A stretch of 64,000 bases of DNA from Trypanosoma brucei (Eukaryota): positions 2,272,001 to 2,336,000 of the forward strand of contig CM000208.1 in assembly GCA_000002445.1 (NCBI GenBank). The letters run 5' to 3'. Under the pieces are notes generated by a model. The model was given only the letters and a program-made list of their open reading frames with translations, searched no databases and was not told where the DNA came from. The position numbers and the translations under genes are program-made. Every line of letters begins with the position of its first letter. Within the stretch, counting starts at the first letter, position 1. Shown one piece after another: positions 10,546 through 20,877 of the stretch.

Positions 10546-12189
10546 ATGCCAGTGGATGCGCCCTTACAGAAGTTTAGACCTCGTTGCGCCCAACGCTTGG
10601 CTGAAATTCTTAAGCCTGACGCCCTCGACGAAGAGACACGACGGCAAATATTACGCAACGTGTGCGCGGATGCGGCAGTGACTACAAATGACGGCGGTTG
10701 TAGCGTGGTGTCAGAGGAAGTAAAGCTTGGCGGAAGCTCCGGTACTGGAGGGAACTTCTCGACCATGCTGCGTGATCGTGTTGCAACCGCAAATAGTGAA
10801 CTCGTCACCGCAATGACAAAGCGGTTAAAGATGTTGGAGGCACAGCAACAAGCCTACCGCCTGGAACTTAAGGAAAAGACAGAAAAACTCAACCGCATGC
10901 AGACGGAGTGTGAAGCAGAAAAATCAAGGCGCGAGGAAGCGGAAACGCTTGTGGTAGAGTTGTTCAGCGATAAAGAGGAATTGGAGAAACAAATAATGGA
11001 AATGAAGGAATTCCTTGCTGATTATGGTCTTCAGTGGGTGGGTAATGCTGAGGGTGAAAGCGGTGGCGGATCATCCAGAACACCTAAGGAACGCGCCAAA
11101 AAATCACCTGCTACTCTTGCAGCAGAGACCTCGCCAATCCCCAATAGGGAAATGAAGCGGTTCGATCTGTACGCTGGAGATTACACCAGCGAGGCCCCGT
11201 CCCCAAGGCCTGAAAGTTCCTCACTGGCAGCCGCTGAGTCCCGCAGTACAAATATGTCTCCGGCGAGAGGGGAGTGTTCCCTCCCCGTTTCTATGGAAAT
11301 TCTACAGAAAAATGCTCGAATACTGTCAGATCATGTTGGTTTCAAGGAGGTTGCCACCAACGGGAAACGAGGCGCTATAAAGGATCGCGATGTTGTGCAG
11401 ATTGTTGTGTATAAAGATGGGATTTGCGTCAACAGTGGGCCCTTTAGGCCTTTTGGCTGGCCGCTTTGTGATGCCGTGTTGAACGATATCGCCGAAGGCT
11501 ATTATCCATACGAATTCAAGCAGCGCTATCCTGACGGGTTTCCCATTGAGATAGTTGATCAAACTTCGGTATGTTGCACTGCAGTAGGCACTCGACCGAA
11601 AAACGACAAGGTGCAAGGCACCGAACGTATGCGGGAAGGTGGCTACCAACCGGTGTCACGTGAGGAATTTCTAAAAAGACTACCGACCACACGAATTACT
11701 GCGGGAGGTCGGATTGTTGATGTACAGGGAGAGATAGCGAAAATAATTGGATGTGACAAGGGAGGCCCAAGCGGTAGCGCGGAACCTGATGATGCTTCGC
11801 TTATGAGGCATGTAACCGCATCGGAACAAAAGAAAAGGGGGAACGTAAGCAAAAGTGATGGGGAGTGTGGTGCACCAGTTGCTACTGGTACGGAGACCCC
11901 CAACAATCGTTGCAATAATACGCGGTTGCAGCTTATTGAAGGATTAGTAGCCGTGCAACTGCGGTTTCCATGTGGAAAGAGGTTAGTCTTGAATCTCTCA
12001 CCAGAGGACACCATTGGGGACTTGCGACGCGAGGTGCGATTAGCCATGCCCTCATTCACAACCGAATATAAAATTTGTCTTCCCTTTCCAGCTAAGACGC
12101 TGGGTGATGACAGCAAGACGCTGGCTGAATTGGGTCTTTTGGGAACATGCACCCTCATGATACAGCCACCAAGGGAAACAAAGTCATAG
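10546..12189 (+). CDS. SEP and UBX domain-containing protein (p47/Shp1-like p97/VCP cofactor)
   Basis: ATG at 10546. An N-terminal coiled-coil is followed by a SEP-like block (VVQIVVYKDGICVNSGPFRPFGWP...YPYEF) and a C-terminal UBX-like block (VQLRFPCGKRLVLNLSPEDTIGDLRREV...TLAELGLLGTCTLMIQ). Confidence 0.75.
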   Translation: MPVDAPLQKFRPRCAQRLAEILKPDALDEETRRQILRNVCADAAVTTNDGGCSVVSEEVKLGGSSGTGGNFSTMLRDRVATANSELVTAMTKRLKMLEAQQQAYRLELKEKTEKLNRMQTECEAEKSRREEAETLVVELFSDKEELEKQIMEMKEFLADYGLQWVGNAEGESGGGSSRTPKERAKKSPATLAAETSPIPNREMKRFDLYAGDYTSEAPSPRPESSSLAAAESRSTNMSPARGECSLPVSMEILQKNARILSDHVGFKEVATNGKRGAIKDRDVVQIVVYKDGICVNSGPFRPFGWPLCDAVLNDIAEGYYPYEFKQRYPDGFPIEIVDQTSVCCTAVGTRPKNDKVQGTERMREGGYQPVSREEFLKRLPTTRITAGGRIVDVQGEIAKIIGCDKGGPSGSAEPDDASLMRHVTASEQKKRGNVSKSDGECGAPVATGTETPNNRCNNTRLQLIEGLVAVQLRFPCGKRLVLNLSPEDTIGDLRREVRLAMPSFTTEYKICLPFPAKTLGDDSKTLAELGLLGTCTLMIQPPRETKS

Positions 12190-12683
12190 AGTTCACCTTA
12201 CGTGCAAGGATTCGTGGATCCCTGGTTTGGCTGCTAGAAATTGGTTGGCGTTGCTTCATCGGTGGTAACTTCCACACACACACACCCACCTCTTTCTTCC
12301 TCCCTCTGGTTGTATTACGTTGGTAAAGTGATTGGTTGGCGTTGCGTTGCGTATGCGTTGGGAGGCTTTCTTTTTTCTTCCTCCCTCCCACCACCTTCAA
12401 AAGAAAAAGAGGTTTCACCTGCACTCAAGCATACTTGTATCTACCTACATGTGAAGAAAGTCAACACTCCAATGGGTGGCGCTGGGGCCTGTCAGCATCG
12501 TATGCCATCATGTAAGTCACTGCTCTCTTCCCTTCGTTTTTAATATTAAATGTTTTCTAATTCATCTTCTTCTTCTACTTTGGGGCGTCTGTTGTATCAT
12601 TGAGCGCACGTGGCTGTTCCTCATTTCCGTGGTCCTGTTTGTGTGACTTGTTACAATCACGGAAAGTTACGGGTGGAGCATCT

Positions 12684-13667
12684 ATGTTTTTTCTAACCCG
12701 CTTCAAACTGGGTATGGCGGACGTCACGGCAGCCATCGGCTCCGGAAAATGCGGGGAAGTATTGCGGAAGTTGAATGAAAAGAAAGCAGTGCGTGAGCGG
12801 GAAGAGAACATAGATTATCGTCGTGCCCTTTGCTTTTTAGCGAACTCACAGGATGTCTTCCACGCGCGGCAAGCACTCTTGGAGGAGTTGCGTCACTTTC
12901 CGAACAACACTGCGGCTCGCACGCTGTTGCTTGAAGTGAACGAAACTGTTCGTCCGCTACTCATGCCACCCAAAGAGCTGCTGAAAAGTGAACCTCTCTT
13001 TGGTCTCTTGTGTGATGCGCTGCTGGATCACACGATGCTTACGTGGACGCGCCTGTACAGTTTGTATCGATTGTCCAAGGAAGTATGTAGCAAAGAGGGT
13101 GAAGGAGGCGCTCTGATGGAGTGCGGGGTTTCGGGTGGAGGCTCGGTGGTGTTGCTCGCCGTTGTGGCTGCTCATTATTCCAAGAAACCGCGCAAAATCT
13201 ACGCGCTTGACACTTTCAGTGGGATGCCGGAGCCAACTACGCATGACAACTTGGAGGAAGATGGTAATCTTAAGCCAGCAGAATCAACATCATGGGGAAG
13301 TGGCACGTGCAGCGCAACTGTGGAGAACGTTCGTCAACTAGCCAAGAACTTTGACGTGGAGGAAGGTTTAGTTGTTATTCCTGGATTATTCCATGAAACG
13401 ATGCCTAAGACGCTGAGGGAGATTAGTGACGAGGGCATTTCCATGTTGCATGTGGATGCGGACTGGTACGAGTCCACGAGGTGCGCACTGGAACTTGCAT
13501 GGCCCATGGTAAAACAAGGGGGAATGGTACAAGTGGATGATTATCACTATTGGCTTGGCTGTCGTAAGGCAGTGGATGAGTTTGCACAGCGGGAAGAGAG
13601 TGAGCATAGGCCTTTACCGATACTTCAAAACGTTGATGGAAATGCTGTGTACTTTACAAAGCCGTAG
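12684..13667 (+). CDS. TylF/MycF-like class I SAM-dependent O-methyltransferase
   Basis: ECGVSGGGSVVLLA (a SAM-binding glycine loop) and LHVDADWYEST...GGMVQVDDY match the macrocin-O-methyltransferase family layout. The ORF-track start is TTG at 12600; the first ATG is at 12684. Confidence 0.65.
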   Translation: MFFLTRFKLGMADVTAAIGSGKCGEVLRKLNEKKAVREREENIDYRRALCFLANSQDVFHARQALLEELRHFPNNTAARTLLLEVNETVRPLLMPPKELLKSEPLFGLLCDALLDHTMLTWTRLYSLYRLSKEVCSKEGEGGALMECGVSGGGSVVLLAVVAAHYSKKPRKIYALDTFSGMPEPTTHDNLEEDGNLKPAESTSWGSGTCSATVENVRQLAKNFDVEEGLVVIPGLFHETMPKTLREISDEGISMLHVDADWYESTRCALELAWPMVKQGGMVQVDDYHYWLGCRKAVDEFAQREESEHRPLPILQNVDGNAVYFTKP

Positions 13668-13921
13668 CGTTGGATCGAGGGTGAGGAAGGTCGGACTTTG
13701 TACATTTTGTTTCATCACATGCGAAAGGACCCGCAGCGTCGTGGGGCGGGGGTAGAGCAAAGGGTCGTACGGTTGTCGCTTATCGTTGTTTGCATTTATC
13801 TCCGCACAACCAATATGCCGATAAGTTTTACTAAGTGCTTCAGTCCGCGTCTCATGTTTTGCGTCTTTTCTGTAACTCCTTCACCACTGCCCGCTTTATA
13901 GAAACATATTAGTGAATAACG

Positions 13922-14737
13922 ATGGGGGAGAACCGTCGACCCTCGCGTTGGAGCTCGGAGCGCTACACAAACCTTTTTGTTCCTAATTACATCCCTCCTG
14001 AACTGATGTTGTATGACGAGGGTCAGTTTCTTCGAGCCTTTCTTCTTCGTGTCCTTTCCATCGACCTGAATCGCCTCATCGAAACGAAGCGGTGCGGTGA
14101 CTATTTCATTAATATTCCTTTGGTACCAGAGTACAACAGCGAAGGGCAGCGCACGAACACGCCGGATGAGCTCGTTGCTGAAAAGCGGTTGAAGGTGATG
14201 GATGAACTGACAAACCTCCTGCGCCAGCACTCGGAACTTGAACTTAATGCAAAAACCCAAAAGGAAGTCGTGCGCAAACGTTACTTCACACAGGAGGAAA
14301 TGGACAATGGTGCATATGGTGCTATTTTGGGTGCCCGCGGTATGGTTCATCAGGAGTTGGAGCGGCTGACCAAATGCAAGATTGTACTGGCTGGCCGTGG
14401 TATCACAAACGCACTGAAGGATACCAGTGCTAACGCTGCCCGTGTTGCTCTCGAGGATCCCCATGCCCGTATCACAGCTCCAAATGAGCAGGCGCTTCAG
14501 CACGCGATGGAGCGCATTGAGTGGATTCTTTCTGATGATCCTGAGGCACTAGAGTTCCGTGAGAACAACAGAAAACGCATGGCGCAGATTGAAGGGCGCT
14601 ATGACCCGCGCACTTGGGTTTCTCTAGCAGAAAGGAACGCAAAGAACCCACGGCGTATGGGGGAAAAACGGGAGCGGGAGGAGGAGGCAAAGGAAGAACT
14701 CGATGCGGATTTGCAGGAGTTTCTGGACGAGTTGTAG
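13922..14737 (+). CDS. SF1: KH/STAR-domain protein, splicing factor 1 (branchpoint-binding protein)-like
   Basis: GAILGARGMVHQELERLTKCKIVLAGRG matches the KH core of SF1/STAR proteins (VGRILGPRG...GCKIMVRGKG). A QUA2-like helix follows (LEDPHARITAPNEQALQHAMERIEWIL). The C-terminus is acidic and Lys-rich. ATG at 13922. Confidence 0.65.
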   Translation: MGENRRPSRWSSERYTNLFVPNYIPPELMLYDEGQFLRAFLLRVLSIDLNRLIETKRCGDYFINIPLVPEYNSEGQRTNTPDELVAEKRLKVMDELTNLLRQHSELELNAKTQKEVVRKRYFTQEEMDNGAYGAILGARGMVHQELERLTKCKIVLAGRGITNALKDTSANAARVALEDPHARITAPNEQALQHAMERIEWILSDDPEALEFRENNRKRMAQIEGRYDPRTWVSLAERNAKNPRRMGEKREREEEAKEELDADLQEFLDEL

Positions 14738-15043
14738 CTGGTGGGAGATGTGGCGACAGAATAAAACTGAAACATTTGCTGACACCATGTTTTCGGTGTT
14801 GGGGCGGAGCAACGTGTCTATCCTGTGGATATTGACTCGCTTATTGTACAGCAGTAGCAGACTCGTGCCACGCTGTCTAACTTCACCGGTGAAAGCGGTA
14901 CCGCAGGAATAACCTGACACTGTGATAGACAGAAATACCCGTTCGTTCTCTTCCTGTCATCTGCCTTCGTTGACCTTTTTTTTTCGCATTTTTTTCTTTG
15001 TATTTAAGTGTTGACGACAGCAACAGGTGGGTTCTAATTTGTT

Positions 15044-16225
15044 ATGTCAGAGAAGGAAGGAAAAGTAATACCCGAAACAAATGGCATGAAGAGACCCCGA
15101 TTTGATCCAGTGAAGCTTGGTCTACCGGAAGAGTTTACCTTAACTGACTACACACGGCTTAAGGGTTGCAGTTGCAAGGTGCCACAACCAGAACTTCTAG
15201 CACTTCTGCAAAGTGTTTCCACTACACCCGGACGGAGGGATGTTGGAATGGATTGCAGCATTGTGAAACTGCAGCACAAGGATGAGACCGGGAAACCGCT
15301 GTATATGGTATCGACAACCGATTTCTTTTTCCCCAGTGTTGAAGACCCCTACTTACAAGGCCAAATTGGGGCGGCGAATGTTCTGTCTGATCTATACAGC
15401 ACAGGAATCGACCGCTGCGATACCGTTTTGATGTTACTAGCTGCCAGTACCGACATGGATAAGACGGAGCGTGAGGTGTGCACGCAGGAAATGATGAAGG
15501 GATTTGTGGATCACGTAAGGCTAGCGGGATCTGATGTTACAGGTGGGCAAACTGTGATGAATCCGTGGCCCCTCATTGGTGGCATTGCGACGAGCGTTGT
15601 TGCAGAGTCTCAAATGATCCGTCCAACAGGGCTGCAACCCGGTGATATTTTAGTTTTGACGAAACCTTTAGGATGCCAAATCGCTGTTAATCTTAAGCAG
15701 TGGCTGCGCCGCCCGTCTCCGATCTTTGAAGAGCAGATTCAAGGAAAGATGGACTCGGAGGAGATTGAAGAACTATATAACGCTGCTGCAGATGGGATGA
15801 AGCGTCTTAACCGCATGGCGGCAGCGCTGATGCATTCGCACGGTGCCCATGGTGCAACAGATGTGACAGGTTTCGGTATTCTTGGCCACGCGAAAAACCT
15901 TGGAAGTGCACAGAAGGCTGATGTGTGTTTAGTACTTGATTCCCTTCCAATGTACAGGGGGGCCGTGAAGGCGTCGAAGCTCATGGGGGACAAATATCGC
16001 TTATTTGAGGGTTATGCAGCTGAGACCAGTGGAGGGTTACTTGTGGCGTTCGGAACGAGGGAAGAAGCGGAGGGATATATCCGTGAACTGTACGAAACTG
16101 ATGGGGAGCCGGCGTGGGTGGTTGGCCGAGTGGTGCGTAGAGAGGGGAGTGCCCCGTACGCGCTACTACAGAAAGACTATAAAATTATTGAGGTGGGAGC
16201 GAAGGTAAATGATAAGATTATTTAA
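15044..16225 (+). CDS. SPS2: selenophosphate synthetase (selenide, water dikinase); Cys-type, not selenocysteine-type
   Basis: The N-terminal motif TRLKGCSCKVPQPELLALL and the AIR-synthase-like fold motifs (GIDRCDTVLMLL, DVTGGQTV, ATDVTGFGILGHA) are present. The 393-aa length matches my recollection of TbSPS2. Confidence 0.85.
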   Translation: MSEKEGKVIPETNGMKRPRFDPVKLGLPEEFTLTDYTRLKGCSCKVPQPELLALLQSVSTTPGRRDVGMDCSIVKLQHKDETGKPLYMVSTTDFFFPSVEDPYLQGQIGAANVLSDLYSTGIDRCDTVLMLLAASTDMDKTEREVCTQEMMKGFVDHVRLAGSDVTGGQTVMNPWPLIGGIATSVVAESQMIRPTGLQPGDILVLTKPLGCQIAVNLKQWLRRPSPIFEEQIQGKMDSEEIEELYNAAADGMKRLNRMAAALMHSHGAHGATDVTGFGILGHAKNLGSAQKADVCLVLDSLPMYRGAVKASKLMGDKYRLFEGYAAETSGGLLVAFGTREEAEGYIRELYETDGEPAWVVGRVVRREGSAPYALLQKDYKIIEVGAKVNDKII

Positions 16226-16678
16226 TTGATTTGCTGGGGGAATGGAGCTGCGGTAAACTCAAGTTATTGTGTGTTCTACTGTAGGAAAGGCTGAACGTCT
16301 CCACGAAACGATCTGGACGGGGAAGGCACGGTAGCTTGGAACTCACGTTGCGTACAGGGTTTGTGTGTGCTTTCGTGGGTGCCACAGTTGGGGGTAGCTT
16401 TCCCTTTTTCCTCAGTAAGGCATTTCTTACCGTGTTCGCATATGGGTGTGTGACCGTGGGCAAGTACCAACCAAACTTCGATACGTAATTCTTCGGTTAC
16501 CGCTGCATGGCTCGACCATTGTCCTTCGTTGTTGTTCATATCTCTACTTGCCCTTTTTTTTTCGCTTTTAAATGCTTTCTGTGCCACCAGCTACTGTTAC
16601 GGTGGCTTTGACACAGCAGTTGTCTATGGAAAGCGATCGGTAATTCACCTCGAAACAGCTGCATTTCTGAGACATTAG

Positions 16679-18277
16679 ATGAGGCGGTGTGTAGCTTATG
16701 TCCAGTTGAAAGTGGGTAAGATCACACCGTCGTTGTGGTGTGTTACAATACATCACACTCGACGCTCAGTAGCACTTCCAGACCCACACTCAATTCTCAC
16801 ATCACCCGCAGGGCTTTTTGCTCTCATGAGCGGAAGAGGAAGCACTTCGTACGACAATACAAGCTGTCCGAAAGGCGTAAAGATGTCGGGGGGCCGAAGA
16901 AGAAGAAGAACAGAACACGGTAATGGAGACGGAGATGGGGATAAGTCCTCCGCAGGGAAGGGTGCTTTCTTTAACCGGGATGCTCTGTCCCTGGCGGTTC
17001 TCATTCTTCTGTTGGCCGTCACTTGGGAAGCCCTCGTTTCCCAAAAGCACATCTTCATCAACAAGCTAAAAGAGTGGGTATTCCTTACTCTCGAAGTGCG
17101 CTCCTCCCGTGAGGAGTACGCAATGATCATGGATTGGATGGGGCAACAACCTCAGGGTAAAAGGGCACGCAACATATCGTTGATGCCTATTTCGGTTATG
17201 AAGGAATCATCTAATGAAAACGAGAATGAAGCCATGAGAGGCTGCAGCGAGGATGAGTGCAGCAGTTGTGGCTTCGTGCCGGGTTTTGGTAGCCACTACA
17301 TGAAATTTGAAGGTACCCGTCTGTGGATCACCCGCTCCATCGACACTACCAAGCAGTACCGTTCATCACCTCACATGGACAGGGAGGACGAAGTGTTGCG
17401 GTTAGTATTTTTTACTCGTGACCGTGATGTTGCCCGCAGGTTCATGGAGAAGGTACGTTTGTCGTGGGAGGAGCGGTCGAGAGATACGGTTCGCGTGTAC
17501 CTTCCCGGTGGTTGGGGAAACCGTTGGGAGTTTCTTTCGCGGCGGCTGAGGCGGCCGCTCTCCACATTGCATTTGCCGGAAAGCACAACTACCATTGTTG
17601 ATGATGCGAAATTCTTTTTGTCCTCTAGGGATCTGTACATGTCACTGGGCGTTCCCTGGCGCAGGGGATACCTCTTTGAAGGGGCTCCTGGGACGGGGAA
17701 GACAAGTTTTATCCTTGCCTTAGCGAGTGAACTTTCCCTTCCCGTCTATCTCCTGTCATTGCAGTCGAAGGAACTTGATGATTCTACGCTTATAAAGTTG
17801 GTCAACTCCGTTCCACCCAGAAGTTTGCTTGTCGTAGAGGATTTGGAAGCGGCCATCAAGTCGCAAGTGGTTAGAGGCGAAGACATCTCCTCCGCGAATG
17901 TTGTTTTCAATACAGAGGTAGGCGGGGGCAGGGACTCTGGTGTTTCGTTGAGTGCCTTGCTGAACGCCATTGACGGGATCGCGAGCAGTGAGGGAAGGAT
18001 TTTGGTTATAACGACGAATGAAACAATGCGCCTCCCGGCACCTCAGGCACTTCTAAGGCCCGGGAGGATCGACCGGCGAGTCTGCTTCGGTCCTTTAGAC
18101 GCCACCATCATGCAGGAGATGCAGCATTCCTTCCTGCATTTGGTTAAACCATTCTGTGCTGATCGCGAAGGTAGTCGCGTAACACTTGAGGATTGCGGTG
18201 TCGGCGCTTTGGGAACAACCCCGGCAGAACTGCAGAATCAATTTCTTGCCGCTATTTACAGAAAATGTCGTCGATGA
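16679..18277 (+). CDS. BCS1-like mitochondrial AAA ATPase (bc1-complex assembly chaperone)
   Basis: An N-terminal TM segment (LSLAVLILLLAVTWEAL) and a BCS1-N region precede the Walker A motif (GAPGTGKTS), Walker B motif (LLVVEDLEA) and an arginine finger region. The start is the first in-frame ATG after the poly-Y/AG site at about 16545-16600. A short out-of-frame uORF lies at 16626. Confidence 0.75.
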   Translation: MRRCVAYVQLKVGKITPSLWCVTIHHTRRSVALPDPHSILTSPAGLFALMSGRGSTSYDNTSCPKGVKMSGGRRRRRTEHGNGDGDGDKSSAGKGAFFNRDALSLAVLILLLAVTWEALVSQKHIFINKLKEWVFLTLEVRSSREEYAMIMDWMGQQPQGKRARNISLMPISVMKESSNENENEAMRGCSEDECSSCGFVPGFGSHYMKFEGTRLWITRSIDTTKQYRSSPHMDREDEVLRLVFFTRDRDVARRFMEKVRLSWEERSRDTVRVYLPGGWGNRWEFLSRRLRRPLSTLHLPESTTTIVDDAKFFLSSRDLYMSLGVPWRRGYLFEGAPGTGKTSFILALASELSLPVYLLSLQSKELDDSTLIKLVNSVPPRSLLVVEDLEAAIKSQVVRGEDISSANVVFNTEVGGGRDSGVSLSALLNAIDGIASSEGRILVITTNETMRLPAPQALLRPGRIDRRVCFGPLDATIMQEMQHSFLHLVKPFCADREGSRVTLEDCGVGALGTTPAELQNQFLAAIYRKCRR

Positions 18278-18690
18278 GTTTGTGTAGTTTTTCAAATGCG
18301 TCAAGACGCCGCCGGTAGTGCAACACACTCCCTCCCCCCAAAACGGTTTGATTTGCTCCTGTTTTGAAAAGCGGGAGAAACAGTCATTAGCGGCACTTCT
18401 GGCGCACTGCACAGTTGTTCAACCCATTGCGTGTGGGGTGACTGACCACAAGTCGTATCGGTATAGTAGTGTGCAGGCGTTACCTTATCTCCTGTGCTCC
18501 GTTTGGTTAGTTCACTCTTTTCCATCTTTCTATTTATTTTTTTTGATATTGAAAACCGGTTGTTTATAGACTTGCTGCGAGGCCCTCGGAAAACTACCCA
18601 CTACGTGGAGTAGACAACACATAAACACAAACGAGTCGCTTTTAGTATTAACAGTAAGAAGAGGGAGGAGGAAAAGAAGGCAACACCGTA

Positions 18691-19824
18691 ATGTCTTCTT
18701 CAACGTGTGCCTTCAGTGCTAATCTGAGCGCTAACCGGAACGGAAATCTGCGCGTAGTCCACGGCCGCAGCAATCCGAAGCTTGCCGAAGGCATTTGCAA
18801 GGCTTTAGGTATCCCGATCACAGGTTGCCGCGTTGGCGCTTTCGCCAATGGCGAGATTAACTTGCAGGTCGTTGAGTCTATTCGCGGAGATGATATGTTT
18901 ATAATTCAACCGACATGCGGAAATGGCAATATTAATGTGAACCAGGCGGTGATGGAGCTCCTACTCATGATCCACACACTGAAACTCAGTTCGGCCAGGC
19001 GAGTTATTGCCGTTATCCCCCACTATGGCTACGCGCGGCAAGACCGCAAACAGAGCGCTCGCGTTCCGATCAGTGCTTCTGCAGTTGCACGCATGATCAC
19101 TGAACTCGGTGTTAATGGTGTTGTCACAATGGATCTTCACTGTGGACCAATTCAGGGCTTTTTCCATGGCTGCCCTGTCGCCGACCTCAGTGCAACTTCT
19201 GAGTTCGCCGCGTACGGTAAAAGCAAAATGTTTGATACAAAGGAGCTCGCCATTGTCGCTCCTGATGCCGGTGCCGTAAACCGAGCGCGACGCATGGGTG
19301 ACCGCCTCGGCGCTCGCCGCATCGTAACAATCTTGAAGCGGCGAGTGGAGGCAAACGAGGTGGACAGCATGCAACTTGTCGGTGAGGTGAAGGGATGTAC
19401 ATGCATCATCGTGGATGACATGATCGACACCGCTGGCACACTTTGTAAGGCGGCACAGGTGCTGAAGGAACATGGTGCGAAAGAGGTTCACGCGTGGGCT
19501 ACGCACGGTATTTTGACGGACCCCGCATGTGAGCGCATTAATGACTGCCCCGCACTCGTGGAAGTGGTGGTGACGGACAGTCTCCCACAGGATGAATCCC
19601 TACAGAAGTGTTCAAAGCTGAAAATCATTTCCATTGCCAAGCTTTTGGCAGAGGCAATTCAACGCATCCACTGCGAAGAGAGTCTCGAGCGCGTGGGTGA
19701 CATGTCAGCACCAACGCCACATGACCAGGACCTTATCTCCGTGGATGCATTGGTTGAGGATAGTGATTGGTCAGCCGCTTTGCAACCTCACATAATTAAG
19801 CGAGCAACCGGTGCCACTCCATAA
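18691..19824 (+). CDS. ribose-phosphate pyrophosphokinase (PRPP synthetase)
   Basis: PRPP-synthetase motifs are present: GEINLQVVESIRGDDMFIIQ, VIPHYGYARQDRK and the PRPP-binding loop IIVDDMIDTAGT. Confidence 0.85.
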   Translation: MSSSTCAFSANLSANRNGNLRVVHGRSNPKLAEGICKALGIPITGCRVGAFANGEINLQVVESIRGDDMFIIQPTCGNGNINVNQAVMELLLMIHTLKLSSARRVIAVIPHYGYARQDRKQSARVPISASAVARMITELGVNGVVTMDLHCGPIQGFFHGCPVADLSATSEFAAYGKSKMFDTKELAIVAPDAGAVNRARRMGDRLGARRIVTILKRRVEANEVDSMQLVGEVKGCTCIIVDDMIDTAGTLCKAAQVLKEHGAKEVHAWATHGILTDPACERINDCPALVEVVVTDSLPQDESLQKCSKLKIISIAKLLAEAIQRIHCEESLERVGDMSAPTPHDQDLISVDALVEDSDWSAALQPHIIKRATGATP

Positions 19825-20877
19825 GGAAAAAAAAGGGCATCTCGGGATGCTGTGTGCGTTAAAGCCCCTTTCTCCTCGCACCGAGACCGCGACCGACAAC
19901 GATCAACGAGAGCAAAAGGGAAGGCAGGATTAAGATGGCGATCGAAAGAAGGGAAAGGAGCGGGTCGCGATGATTTAATATATTAATATTAAAAAAAAAG
20001 TGTGTCAGAGCGTGGATCAGGCGGAGCGCGACGTGCTCAATCCGCGGATGGATAAAATGGAGGGAGTATGAGTAAAGGGGAGTGCACTGAAAAGAGTGAT
20101 GGTGGGATACGGGAAGCGAAGGAGTAAAGAGGGAGGGGGGTCAAGGGCTGAGCTGATCCTGTTATCATAGCCCGAGGTTAATTGCACGTTAATGTTGTAA
20201 TACATCAAAAATTGTGGCAGTGACTTGGTGACCAGATATTGTCCGTACTGCCTCAAACGCAGGCGTGTGTCGCGCCTTCGCTTCGTCACGTGGTTTCTCT
20301 TCCGGGATAATGTGTGGAAAGGGAACGAAGAAGGAGTCGCGTCACTTAAGTTACTGTGAGTGGTTCATGGGATGTCACTCGAGAGCAACGAATAATATTA
20401 GCAAATTTTATGTGTGAAGGGGAGGATAAGCAGCGCACATGCGTGTGTCGTATCTCGTGTTTCTTCCTGCTTTTTCAATATTTTAAAGTTTAGTGATGTT
20501 TTCTTGCCGCTTGACGGATTCATCACCAGGTGTACGTAAGTGTGTGCATGCATTTGTGTATGTTTGTTTGTGTGTCCGGGCAATAGCGCTGGAGTGCAGC
20601 ACTACGTTATGTTGCTTATGCTCCTCACCGTCTGTTTAATGTCTCCCTTTTTTTTTTTTCCTCTCTCTCTCTCTCTCATACTTCAATTGCTACGCTCGCG
20701 CTTGCTGTGCTTTTGACATATCTACATGGGAGGGGCACGTTGAGAAAAAAGGCAAACAAAGAGGCTCAACGTTATAAGCTGGGTGCATCAGCTTTTCATT
20801 GACAAAGATTATATTTCAACAGAGTGGAGATCTGAACGACAAGTTGGAGGAAGAGGAGGGGAGGAAAAAGAAGGAAG

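Noticed and set aside
11643-12158. 171-aa minus-strand ORF
   Set aside because: It is antisense to the UBX-domain CDS. It is an artefact of a stop-poor reverse frame in GC-balanced coding DNA.
13796-14503. 235-aa minus-strand ORF
   Set aside because: It is fully antisense to the well-supported KH/SF1-like CDS, has no recognisable motif, and is on the opposite strand to every other gene in this unidirectional cluster.
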